This document shows positions 51,928 through 61,704 of a stretch of DNA of 64,000 nucleotides, in pieces. Numbering within the stretch: the first letter of the stretch is position 1; every line of letters begins with the position of its first letter. The notes under the pieces were generated by a model. That model saw nothing but the letters and a program-made list of their open reading frames with translations. It did not search any database and was not told the DNA's origin. The position numbers and the translations under genes were made by a program. Source of the DNA: an uncultured delta proteobacterium (GTDB lineage: Bacteria; Myxococcota; Kuafuiibacteriia; Kuafuiibacteriales; Kuafuiibacteriaceae); the NCBI GenBank assembly GCA_963803435.1, contig CAWDML010000005.1, positions 416,001-480,000 of the forward strand, in the 5' to 3' direction.

Positions 51928-52294
51928 GAAGATCAAGACGCTCTCCTCCCCGCCGCCAAGGCCGGTTCGCAAGAGAGGTCGACTAAGTCTAGATTTTCTT
52001 TGCACAAACAGGCTAGAAGCATCACTCCATCGACTCGAGTCATCTCCTCCAGGCCGGCGCCTTGAGATGAAAATAATCTGTATCATCCGATGGTTGGGTG
52101 CGTTCGTCTCATCGCTTGAGACGAACCAAGAGCGGCCCGGGTTGAGGGGTTCTACCTATGCTCTTGAGTGTCTTGAGCAAACCTCGGGATGGACACCGAT
52201 CGCTTGCTTGGACGCTTGTGCTCGCGACACTGAGCGTGTTGCGCGGGGCGATCGCCCGCTTCGTCGCCTTGTCCACGCACATTCGTCTTAGGGA

Positions 52295-52468
52295 CAATAC
52301 CGATCGGTTAAGCCCAAGGGATCGAAATGATCGAGCTTTCGGCGACGGGCTTTGGGGCGGCTTTGGGCCAAAGGTGCAGACGTTCACGGACGCGAAACGC
52401 GAGCCATGTCGAGCGAGCCTGCTCAAGGGATCGATCTCGTTGCGGAATCGCTTAACCGAACGGTATTG
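52295..52468. mobile_element. IS4-family MITE (174 bp)
   Basis: 19-bp TIR CAATACCGWTCGGTTAAGC (1 mismatch); perfect 10-bp flanking duplication GTCTTAGGGA (52285, 52469). Confidence 0.9.
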
Positions 52469-52471
52469 GTC

Positions 52472-52675
52472 TTAGGGAAGGCTAGAGTGGTCTCTTCGCA
52501 GATCGCTTCGAGGATCCCCCTGCTCTGCAGTCTTAGAAGTCAACGCGTCATCGAGCCGCACGGTGGTAATGCACTTCTTCCAGTCCGGCCACTGCTCCAC
52601 TTCTCGAGCCGTCTCCTCGGCGTGTTGCCAGAACTCGCGGCTCTCTTGGTCCGAACGGCTTTTGCGAAGGCTCAT
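52472..52675 (-). CDS. Small protein (67 aa) translationally coupled to the deaminase
   Basis: GGAGG RBS, ATGA overlap; MSLRKSRSDQESREFWQHAEETAREVEQWPDWKK. Confidence 0.65.
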   Translation of the reverse strand: MSLRKSRSDQESREFWQHAEETAREVEQWPDWKKCITTVRLDDALTSKTAEQGDPRSDLRRDHSSLP

Positions 52676-54141
52676 TGCTTTCCTCCAACAAGATCGACCA
52701 GCGTAGCAACCGCCAGCTTCTCGATCTCTAGGTACGATGCAGGGAGCATCGGAATACGTAACCGGGCCGAATCTCTCTTCCACTCGACCTTCTCTCCATG
52801 CTTCTTCCGCTCCAACGTGCGGCCACTGCTCAGCTTCATGGAGAACAGATCAAAGAATCGTCTCGGGCCGATCCCGACAAAGGGCACGAAGGCCACGTGG
52901 TCCTCGACCGTCTTCTCCGGGTCGAGGACTAGCTCGTCCGGGTGCAGCTCCGCTGCCAGACTCTTCGGGTAGGGCTCCACGTACACGACCCTCCGAAGGC
53001 CCGCCGCGATGATGTGCTTGGCGCAGTTGTGGCACGGGAACGTCGTTGTGTAGAGGGTCCCGTCGGATGGCGAGACACCGACGCGAGCGCAACACATCAA
53101 TGCTTCCATCTCGGCGTGAACCGCTCGACCGAACTCGGTGAGATCGAGCAATCCTGTTCCCTTCAAAACGTCCCTCGCGTGCTCGAGCAGGTCACCTTCT
53201 GATCTCTCATCATCCGGCGTCAGCCTTTTCATGACCGCCAAAACGATGTCGTCCCGTCGCCTCTCGTTCGAGTCGAACCCCTTTTTGTGATCGCGCTGAT
53301 CGTGTTCACTGGGCCAGTACAGGCCCCCTCCAAACGCAGGGACGTCGTTCGCACCCGTTGCGATGAGCTCACCAGCGCTCGAGAGGATCACGGCACCGAC
53401 CTGCCGCGATAGATCCGCAGATCGAAGCGACGCGCTGTACGCCATGAACATGGCGTGCTCGTCCAAAAACGGGGTGAGATCCGGTTTCCCAAAGAGGAGA
53501 TCGAGGATGCGCCACAGCTGCTCTTTGCTGTCCGGTGCATGCAGAGAGACAAAGGCATCCGCACGCTCAAATGTATCCCGGGTCCTCTGCCCCAGCCGGT
53601 TCGGCTCATCCTCGTCGCGGCGAATGAGCTCGTTGGCTTCGTCTACCGTCATCCCTTCGTCTTCGCAGAGGTGCTTCAGCCGCATCTTCTTGGATGAGTA
53701 GACGCCGATCAGCACAAAGCCTCCACCATAGGCGGACCGTAGAGCATTGACCTCGTCCGGATGCTTCAGGGAGCGCAGGATGTGAACGGTTGGCCCGAGT
53801 GGCTCGGCCTTCGTTCTTCGGCCATGAATCGCGCTGATCGCGGACAATGCGAGAACGTCACCCCGACTTGCCGTTCGTCGCGCCTCGCTCCCCGCATCCA
53901 TGTACGAGCGGTATCGGTCGCACGCGGGCGCCTCCTTGAGCGTCGTCGTTAGCCCGCCCATCGTTCGGATGAGGGAACTCAAGCGAACCGGGTTGGCTGT
54001 ATACCGAAACTGGGCAAGCCGCTCGGTGATGATCTTTTCGATGGACGAAAGATCGGTCCCAACCGCGCCGACCAGTCCAAGGACGAGCTCTGTTTCGGCA
54101 TAGTCCGGCGGAAAAGTGGTGTTCTTGGTATCCCCATCCAC
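52672..54141 (-). CDS. Anti-phage dCTP/dCMP deaminase with N-terminal P-loop kinase-like domain (AvcD-like)
   Basis: LVLGLVGAVGT, SLKHPDEV, SADLSRQVGA, HAE, FPCHNC, YVEPYPKS. Confidence 0.9.
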   Translation of the reverse strand: MDGDTKNTTFPPDYAETELVLGLVGAVGTDLSSIEKIITERLAQFRYTANPVRLSSLIRTMGGLTTTLKEAPACDRYRSYMDAGSEARRTASRGDVLALSAISAIHGRRTKAEPLGPTVHILRSLKHPDEVNALRSAYGGGFVLIGVYSSKKMRLKHLCEDEGMTVDEANELIRRDEDEPNRLGQRTRDTFERADAFVSLHAPDSKEQLWRILDLLFGKPDLTPFLDEHAMFMAYSASLRSADLSRQVGAVILSSAGELIATGANDVPAFGGGLYWPSEHDQRDHKKGFDSNERRRDDIVLAVMKRLTPDDERSEGDLLEHARDVLKGTGLLDLTEFGRAVHAEMEALMCCARVGVSPSDGTLYTTTFPCHNCAKHIIAAGLRRVVYVEPYPKSLAAELHPDELVLDPEKTVEDHVAFVPFVGIGPRRFFDLFSMKLSSGRTLERKKHGEKVEWKRDSARLRIPMLPASYLEIEKLAVATLVDLVGGKQ

Positions 54142-54746
54142 GAGCGCATCCTAGACGATTCCGTGATCGCCAGATAGAAGCAGATTGGCACGCGCAAGCC
54201 CAGCCCACGCCATGGCAAGGACCTGGAGCCGCCGATGCGTTTCCGGCTGAACCCAAGTACGCCGATTCGCCCCGACCGCGCTCGTCCCGCGGTCTAGTCT
54301 CGGACGGCTCTTCGGGAGCCGTACTTCCGCTTCCGAGCGGAATGACCTCTGCTTCGATGGGGTTCCAACGCCGTGATCGGGCATGAACGGTGTCGCGACG
54401 ATCAAGGCACGAATCGATGGCTCAGCACCGCCATCGGTCATCTGGATCGTCGGATGTCGAAGCCCGTCCCCGCCTTGCTGAGACCCGGGCAGTACGCATC
54501 TGCGCGCGTGTCCTTTGCGCAGATTGCGGAAGTAATCTGCACAGGCGGGGAGCTCGTCATGAGCATAGGCTGCCGCCGGGCTCGAGGCGGATGCGCATGG
54601 CTCCCGCTACAACCCATCCCAAAGCTAAGAGCGGCGATGACCTCCAACCGCCGAGCTTTGGGGCGTAATGACCCCTTCGGTGGCTCCGACGCCAAACGTC
54701 GCAGCCACGACCCCTGGACTCGATCGTGCAGGGAGATGTCCGACAA

Positions 54747-55784
54747 ATGAAAGCTCTCGTCTACCACGGGCCCACGAAAATCGAATTGGAGGAGCACTCG
54801 GTGCCCGAGATTACGTCGCCGACCGACGCAATCATCAAGGTGACGAAGACGACCGTCTGCGGCACCGACCTCCACATCCTCAAGGGCGACCTCCCAGGCT
54901 GCAAGCCCGGTCGCATCCTTGGCCATGAGGGCATCGGCGTCGTGGAGAAGATTGGTCCGGCTGTCACCGCGTTCAAGCGTGGGGATCGGGTCCTCATCTC
55001 CTGCGTAACCGCTTGCGGAAGGTGCGCATACTGTCGGAGGCAGATGTATTCGCACTGCACCACCGGCGGCTGGATCCTCGGCAACACCATCGACGGGACC
55101 CAGGCTGAGTTCGTGCGCATTCCACACGCGGATACGAGCCTCTACCCCATCCCGGACGGGGCCGACGAAGAGGCCATGGTCATGTTGAGCGACATCCTGC
55201 CGACCGGCTTCGAGTGCGGCGTGCTCAACGGCAAAGTTCAGCCTGGGAGTACCGTTGCGATCGTTGGTGCGGGACCGATCGGTCTCGCCGCCCTGCTGAC
55301 CGCACAATTTTATTCTCCGGCCGAGATCGTGATGATCGACCTCGACGAGAATCGCCTCGCGGTGGCCAAGCGCTTCGGCGCCACGGCGACGATCAACAGC
55401 ACGGACGGCAAGGCTGCCGCCGCGGTCATGAAGCAAACCGACGGGCGGGGTGTCGATACCGTGATCGAGGCGGTCGGCCTCGCGGCGACCTTCGAGCTCT
55501 GCGAGAAACTCGTTGCACCGGGCGGAACCATCGCCAACATCGGAGTGCACGGAACCAGTGCAACACTCCAACTCCAGGAGCTCTGGGATCGTAACATCAC
55601 GATCACGACGCGCCTCGTCGACACGGTCAGTACCCCAATGCTGATCAAGCTCTTGAGTGCTCACAAGATCGACCCGAAGCAACTCATCACGCACCGCTTC
55701 AAGCTGGACCGAATCCTCGAGGCCTACGACACCTTCGGACACGCGGCGAAGACGCGGGCGTTGAAGGTCCTCATCGAAGCGTAG
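54747..55784 (+). CDS. Zn-dependent alcohol dehydrogenase
   Basis: CGTDLH, GHEG, CxxCxxC...C, GAGPIG. Confidence 0.93.
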   Translation: MKALVYHGPTKIELEEHSVPEITSPTDAIIKVTKTTVCGTDLHILKGDLPGCKPGRILGHEGIGVVEKIGPAVTAFKRGDRVLISCVTACGRCAYCRRQMYSHCTTGGWILGNTIDGTQAEFVRIPHADTSLYPIPDGADEEAMVMLSDILPTGFECGVLNGKVQPGSTVAIVGAGPIGLAALLTAQFYSPAEIVMIDLDENRLAVAKRFGATATINSTDGKAAAAVMKQTDGRGVDTVIEAVGLAATFELCEKLVAPGGTIANIGVHGTSATLQLQELWDRNITITTRLVDTVSTPMLIKLLSAHKIDPKQLITHRFKLDRILEAYDTFGHAAKTRALKVLIEA

Positions 55785-55863
55785 AACTCTGTTAGGATAG
55801 CGTGGGAGCAACGAGTCGCCAGCGCATCGACGTGCGGCTCGCGCCCACCCCGAAGCCGCCTCA

Positions 55864-56799
55864 ATGCCCGCGTCATCCAAGAGAGCATTGATCGGCGCAC
55901 TGGCCGCGAATCTTGGCATCGCCGCAACGAAGTTCACCGTCGGAGCGATCACGGGCAGCACCGTCATGATTGCGGAAGGGATCCATTCGCTCGTCGATAC
56001 CGGCAACTCGGGTCTGATGCTCTTCGGTCAGAGACGCAGTCGCCGCCCGCCAGACGATGTTCACCCCTTCGGCTATGGGATGGAGCTGTACTTCTGGAGC
56101 TTCGTGGTCGCGATGGTCGTCTTCGGTGGGGGTGGTGGCCTCTCGATCTACGAAGGCATTCGCGCAACCATCCATCCGCGACCGATCACCAGCCTCTGGC
56201 CCAACTACCTCGTCATCGTCGTTGCTGCGATCTTCGAGGCCGCCTCGTTGGCGGTCGGCGTCCGCGAATTCACCGCGTACCGTCGGGAAAGGGCCTTCTC
56301 CGGGTCAATGCTCAGCGTGATGCGAGCGAGCAAGAATCCGGCGATCTTTCTGACGGTCCTCGAGGACTCGGCAGCACTCGTCGGTTTGGCGATTGCCGCA
56401 GCGGGCATTGCGCTGGGCCGCTGGCTGTCGTTCCCGGAGATAGATGGCATCGCGTCGATTCTCATCGGTTTGGTGCTGGTGCTTGAGGCCTCATTGCTGG
56501 GGTACGAGTGTCGCGGGCTCATCATCGGCGAATCGGCTCGTCCGATGGTCATCGAGAAGATCCGACTCATCGCCGCGGAGCATCACGAAGTCGGGGTCGT
56601 CGAGGCGATGCGCACCTTGCAGCTGGGCCCCGATTCCATCCTGGTTGTTTTGCGGATCCGGTTCCCCGTCGCCCAGGGTGTCGGCGATCTGGAAGGCGCC
56701 ATCGATCGCCTCGTCGTCGAGCTTCGCGCTGCCATCCCTTCGATCACGCACGTGGTCTTCGACGTCGCTCCACCATCCACCGCGACACCTACGGAGTGA
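55864..56799 (+). CDS. Cation diffusion facilitator transporter
   Basis: AEGIHSLVD, HPFGYG, LED. Confidence 0.92.
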   Translation: MPASSKRALIGALAANLGIAATKFTVGAITGSTVMIAEGIHSLVDTGNSGLMLFGQRRSRRPPDDVHPFGYGMELYFWSFVVAMVVFGGGGGLSIYEGIRATIHPRPITSLWPNYLVIVVAAIFEAASLAVGVREFTAYRRERAFSGSMLSVMRASKNPAIFLTVLEDSAALVGLAIAAAGIALGRWLSFPEIDGIASILIGLVLVLEASLLGYECRGLIIGESARPMVIEKIRLIAAEHHEVGVVEAMRTLQLGPDSILVVLRIRFPVAQGVGDLEGAIDRLVVELRAAIPSITHVVFDVAPPSTATPTE

Positions 56800-56936
56800 G
56801 CGAGTCTTTGCTCGTCAATCGCCAGCTCGAGGTCCTCTTCGGCGATGGATTCGACCGAAGGCGCACCTCTCCAACCGGTCGCGCCGGGAGCGCACACGCC
56901 GAAGCGGACGGTTCGAGCTTCCGAAACGATGCACCG

Positions 56937-58334
56937 TCACGGCGCTCTCCTCCCGGCAGCCTGAGGCGCGTGCCAGCCGCCGGCCCCCTCGATCAGACGG
57001 TCGGCCGCGGCCGGTCCCCAAGTGCCGGCCCTGTACTCGTCGGGCAGAGCGGTGCTCTCCAAGATCGGTGCGACGATGCGCCACTCCGCCTCGACCGCGT
57101 CTTCGCGCGCAAACAGCGTCGGATCGCCCTTCATCGCGTCGCCGAGAAGTCGCTCGTAGGCATCCATCTCCTCGCCGCCGCCCTGAGTGGCGAGGAGCTC
57201 GACCTCCTGGCCGACCATCGCCTCCCCCGCAGTCTTGGAACGGACCCCGAGCGCGATGGCGACGTCGGGGCCGAGCCGGAAGCGCAGATAGTTCGGCCCG
57301 GCCACCCTCTCCCCGAAACAAGCGGTCGGCGGCACCTTGAACTCGACCCGGACCTCGGTGCACGTCAGCGGTAGACACTTGCCAGCCCGGATATAGAAGG
57401 GCACGCCGGCCCAGCGCCAGTTGTCGATCTCGAGCTTCAGCGCGGCAAAGGTCTCGACCTTCGAATTCGCGGCGACCCCGGGCTCTCTGCGGTAGCTGTG
57501 AAACTGTCCCCGCACTACGTTCTTCGGATCGAGCGGCGTGATCGCCTCGAGGACTCGCGCCTTCTCGCCACGCACCGTCTCGGGATGACCCGCCGACGGG
57601 GCGTCCATCGCCAAACAGGCGGTCACCTGGAGAAGGTGGTTCTCAATCACGTCGCGGATCGCGCCGGTCTGCTCGTAGAAGGCACCTCGGCCTTCGACCC
57701 CGAAGCTCTCCGCCATGGTGATCTGCACGTTGTCGACGTGGTCGCGATTCCAGAGTGGCTCGAGGAAAGAGTTGCTAAAGCGAAAGTAGAGCAGGTTTTG
57801 GACCGGCTCTTTGCCGAGGTAATGGTCGATACGGAAGACACTCTCCTCGGGGAACACGGCGAGGAGCGCGCGGTTGAGCGCTTGGGCTGAAGCGAGATCG
57901 CGGCCGAAGGGCTTCTCGGCCACTACCCGGCCGCCGCGTGCGCAGCCGGAGTCGCCAAGGTGCTTGACGACGGTGGAGAAGAGGCTGGTTGGGACGGCGA
58001 GATAGTGGAGCGGCCGCTCCGCCGAGCCCAGCGCACGACGCAGGCGATCGAAGGTCGCCGGCTCCTCGTAGTCGCCGTCCACGTATTGAAGCAACGCCGA
58101 GAGCTTCTCGAATGCCGTGTCATCAACGCCCCCGCCATGCTTCTCGAGGCTGTCTCTGAGGCGCGTGCGCAAGCGATCGACGGTCCACTGCTCTTTCGCC
58201 ACACCGATGATCGGCACCTCGATGTGGCCGCGCTTCACCATCGACTGGAGTGCTGGGAAGATCTTCTTGTGGGCCAGATCGCCCGTCGCTCCGAAGAAGA
58301 CCAGCGCATCGGACCTCAACTCTTCTGATCGCAT
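56937..58334 (-). CDS. zwf: Glucose-6-phosphate dehydrogenase
   Basis: [28 protein letters not shown]. Confidence 0.96.
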   Translation of the reverse strand: MRSEELRSDALVFFGATGDLAHKKIFPALQSMVKRGHIEVPIIGVAKEQWTVDRLRTRLRDSLEKHGGGVDDTAFEKLSALLQYVDGDYEEPATFDRLRRALGSAERPLHYLAVPTSLFSTVVKHLGDSGCARGGRVVAEKPFGRDLASAQALNRALLAVFPEESVFRIDHYLGKEPVQNLLYFRFSNSFLEPLWNRDHVDNVQITMAESFGVEGRGAFYEQTGAIRDVIENHLLQVTACLAMDAPSAGHPETVRGEKARVLEAITPLDPKNVVRGQFHSYRREPGVAANSKVETFAALKLEIDNWRWAGVPFYIRAGKCLPLTCTEVRVEFKVPPTACFGERVAGPNYLRFRLGPDVAIALGVRSKTAGEAMVGQEVELLATQGGGEEMDAYERLLGDAMKGDPTLFAREDAVEAEWRIVAPILESTALPDEYRAGTWGPAAADRLIEGAGGWHAPQAAGRRAP

Positions 58335-58774
58335 CCCTTCTCCCCAACCTCAGGCGACGACAACTGCGATGTGGATACGCTCTCATCGATGGGTGGGTGG
58401 CAACCGAAAGGTGGAGCGCGTTCTAATGCACATCGTGATCGTCTCGACGGCGATGGCGGTCCTCGCGAGATCCAAGCCGGTGTCATGCGTGCGTCGTCGA
58501 AGCCACCCCGGTGGGCGCGCCCTCGCGCTAGCCGAGCCGACCTAAAAGGGGCGTCCAGTCATCTGCCTTCTCACCTCGATCGCCGGGCAAGCGGGGGCTC
58601 ACTCGAGCGGGACAATTCCCCACAACCGAGGCGAAAGTACGCAGTCGACACGGGATCAACTGACGGCCCTCTCCGCGGTGTCGCTCGCGGCACAAGTCTT
58701 GCTCAACCCTCTGCGCCACGATCAATCCACGGCAGTTTCCCAGACGGAAGACGTTCCGTCCGCAGAGGTCATCC

Positions 58775-59008
58775 ATGTCTCATCACGCGTCCCACGCAGT
58801 CCATGAAAGCTCGAGCTCGAGCTCGAACGGCTCGAAACCGACCACCGATTCGAAGCTGAAGCACCAAAGTGCGATCGCGATCCCGCAGGAAGCGATCGCC
58901 AAGCGCGCCTACGAGAAGTACACAGCCCGCGGCTGCGTTCATGGTTTCGACCAGCAGGACTGGTCGGAGGCCAGCCGGGAGCTGATCGTCGAGGCGCTCG
59001 CGCACTGA
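58775..59008 (+). CDS. DUF2934 protein
   Basis: IAKRAYE...RG..HG...DW.EA. Confidence 0.8.
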   Translation: MSHHASHAVHESSSSSSNGSKPTTDSKLKHQSAIAIPQEAIAKRAYEKYTARGCVHGFDQQDWSEASRELIVEALAH

Positions 59009-59081
59009 ACCCCGGCGAGACCCGAGGACACATCTTGGAGGTCTGAAACGCTCTGACATCGGGGAGCGGCGGAGAAATCAC

Positions 59082-59882
59082 ATGCTGCGAAGCTTGAAAG
59101 CTCTCGAACGATATACGGTAAGCGCCAGCGATGGCGACATTGGAAATGTCGTAAACTTCCTCTTGGACGATGAGCGTTGGATCGTTCGCTATCTGGTCGT
59201 CGAGTCGGGTGGTTTCATCGATGCGCCCCGCGTCCTCATCTCGCCCATCTCCTTTCGAGATGTCGAGTGGTCGACAAGGCACTTCAATCTCGCGTTGACC
59301 AAGGACAAGGTGAAGAACAGCCCCAGCATCGACGTCGATAAGCCTGTCTCGCGCCAGCATGAAGGGGACTACTTCCGCTACTATGGTTATCCTTCCTACT
59401 GGGGAGGAGGCTCGGGATTCTGGGGGATGGGGTCCTATCCGGGCTTGCTTGCGACGGGCCGGTGGAACGACGCGCCGGTGGATCATTCCACGAACTCTGG
59501 CGATGTCCATTTGCGGAGCGCCAGGGAGGTCCGCGGATACCATGTTCAGGGAAATGACGATGCGATTGGTCATGTCGAAGACTTCATCGTCGACGACGAG
59601 ACCTGGGCGGTTTGCTACCTCGTGATCGATACCCGGAACTGGTGGTTCGGCAAGAAGGTGTTGATTGCGCCGCATTGGGCAAGTCGCGTCAGTTGGGAGG
59701 CAAGGAAGGTCTTCGTCGACATGTCCCGGGAAGCGATCAAGAACAGTCCGGAATGGGACGCTGACGCACCCATCGATCGCGAGTTTGAAACGCGGCTGTA
59801 TGCCCACTACGGGCGCCCGTCATACTGGCCCAGTGGCAGCGATCGCCGCACCGAGAAGCCGGCAGCACACCAGCGCCCGTAA
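59082..59882 (+). CDS. Tandem PRC-barrel protein
   Basis: DGDIG.V..FL.DD..W.VRYLVV repeated twice. Confidence 0.88.
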   Translation: MLRSLKALERYTVSASDGDIGNVVNFLLDDERWIVRYLVVESGGFIDAPRVLISPISFRDVEWSTRHFNLALTKDKVKNSPSIDVDKPVSRQHEGDYFRYYGYPSYWGGGSGFWGMGSYPGLLATGRWNDAPVDHSTNSGDVHLRSAREVRGYHVQGNDDAIGHVEDFIVDDETWAVCYLVIDTRNWWFGKKVLIAPHWASRVSWEARKVFVDMSREAIKNSPEWDADAPIDREFETRLYAHYGRPSYWPSGSDRRTEKPAAHQRP

Positions 59883-60019
59883 CCCGCGCTCACTGAGCAA
59901 CCTGAGCATTGCGACGTGGCCTGCGCACTGCCCAAGAGCCTGCAGAGCGCCGGTTCGAAAGCTGACTGCTCTGACGAGCGCAAAGGTCGGCAAATGATTG
60001 AACGACGAGGAGAACACCA

Positions 60020-60535
60020 ATGGTACGCGAGAATTCGATGGTTTGCGTTTACAACACCCACACCGAAGCAGAGGCCGCCGTGAAGACGCTTCAGACTGCT
60101 GGCTTCGACATGAAGAAGCTCTCGATCGTGGGGAAGGAGTATCACACCGAGGAACACCCGATCGGCTATTACAACACGGGCGATCGGATGAAGTATTGGG
60201 GCAGCCGGGGCGCGTTCTGGGGCGGTCTTTGGGGGTTCCTGTTTGGTTCAGCTTTCTTCCTCATCCCCGGAATCGGCCCGCTGGTGGTGGCAGGTCCGCT
60301 TGTCTCCTGGATCGTCGGCGCGCTCGAAGGCGCGGCTGTCGTCGGCGGACTGAGCGCTCTCGGCGCCGGCCTCTATAGCATCGGGATCCCTAAGGACAGC
60401 GTGGTCAAATACGAAACGGCGATCAAGTCCGGGAGGTTTCTGCTGCTTGCCCACGGAACAGCCGCAGACGTGTCCAGGGCCAAGGAAATTGTATTTTCGA
60501 CGAAGCCGGCAGAATCCGACGTGCATCTCGCGTGA
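60020..60535 (+). CDS. General stress membrane protein (YflT/DUF1269-like)
   Basis: AE.AV..L..AGFDMKKLSIVG; Gly-zipper GAFWGGLWG. Confidence 0.8.
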   Translation: MVRENSMVCVYNTHTEAEAAVKTLQTAGFDMKKLSIVGKEYHTEEHPIGYYNTGDRMKYWGSRGAFWGGLWGFLFGSAFFLIPGIGPLVVAGPLVSWIVGALEGAAVVGGLSALGAGLYSIGIPKDSVVKYETAIKSGRFLLLAHGTAADVSRAKEIVFSTKPAESDVHLA

Positions 60536-60658
60536 ACCACTGACTCCAACATCGTCGGTACGCGCGTCTCGACACGCCCTGGCGGCCCGCTCCAGAGCTT
60601 CCAGGAGACCGCGAGCCAACAAGGGCGCCGACCCGAGCACGGAGAGAAGGAGGACGGC

Positions 60659-61663
60659 TTGAAATTGGGAATGGTCGGCCTCGGCCGAATGGGCTCCAAC
60701 ATGGTTCGCCGTCTGATCGGAAGCGGACATCAATGCGTCGTTTTCGATATTCAGCCAGCGGCCGTCCTCGAGCTGGGCAAAGCGGGCGCGATCGCGACGC
60801 GATCGTTGGCCGAATTCATCTCCAAGCTGGAGACACCGCGGGCGATCTGGATCATGGTGCCCGCGTCCGTCGTAGATTCCACGCTCAGCGAGCTGACCAC
60901 GTTCTTGGCGCCTGACGACGTCGTCATCGACGGAGGCAACTCGTACTATCACGACGACATTCGACGGGCAGAGACGCTGAGAAGAAGCGGAGTCCACTAT
61001 GTGGACGTCGGCACCTCAGGCGGCGTCTGGGGTTTGGATCGCGGTTACTGCCAAATGATCGGCGGCGAGGCCGCGATCGTGAAAAGGCTCGACGGCATCT
61101 TTGCCGCGTTGGCTCCTGGCCAAGAGGGAGCGCCAAAGGATGATCGCGATAGGAGCCGCACCGCCCAGCGGGGCTACATCCACTGCGGATCCTCGGGTGC
61201 CGGGCATTTCGTCAAGATGGTTCACAACGGGATCGAGTACGGGCTCATGGCGGCGTACGCGGAAGGGCTCAGCATCCTCCGCCACGCCAACGCCGGGAAG
61301 GCTGAGCGCGCGGCCGACGCCGAGACCACGCCGCTTCGGCACCCGGAACACTACCTGTACGACCTGAACCTCCCCGACATCGTCGAGGCATGGCGGCACG
61401 GTAGTGTCATCGGTTCCTGGCTTCTCGAGCTCACCGGCGTGGCGCTGACGGAGAGCCCCGACCTCAGCCGATTCGCGGGCCGTGTCTCCGACTCGGGTGA
61501 GGGACGATGGACGCTCAAAGCGTCTATCGACGAGGGCGTGCCCGCACCCGTCTTGAGCGCCGCGTTGATGCAGCGCTTTGCTTCTCGGGGCGAGGAGGAC
61601 TTCGCCAACAAGCTGCTCTCCGCGCTGCGGTTCCAGTTCGGCGGACACGTGGAGAAGCGCTGA
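60659..61663 (+). CDS. gnd: 6-phosphogluconate dehydrogenase (short, decarboxylating)
   Basis: GLGRMG, DGGNS, GHFVKMVHNGIEY, FGGH. Confidence 0.95.
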   Translation: MKLGMVGLGRMGSNMVRRLIGSGHQCVVFDIQPAAVLELGKAGAIATRSLAEFISKLETPRAIWIMVPASVVDSTLSELTTFLAPDDVVIDGGNSYYHDDIRRAETLRRSGVHYVDVGTSGGVWGLDRGYCQMIGGEAAIVKRLDGIFAALAPGQEGAPKDDRDRSRTAQRGYIHCGSSGAGHFVKMVHNGIEYGLMAAYAEGLSILRHANAGKAERAADAETTPLRHPEHYLYDLNLPDIVEAWRHGSVIGSWLLELTGVALTESPDLSRFAGRVSDSGEGRWTLKASIDEGVPAPVLSAALMQRFASRGEEDFANKLLSALRFQFGGHVEKR

Positions 61664-61704
61664 GAAGATGGTTGTCTGCCAAAAAACACCGTGAATGAGC
61701 CCGC

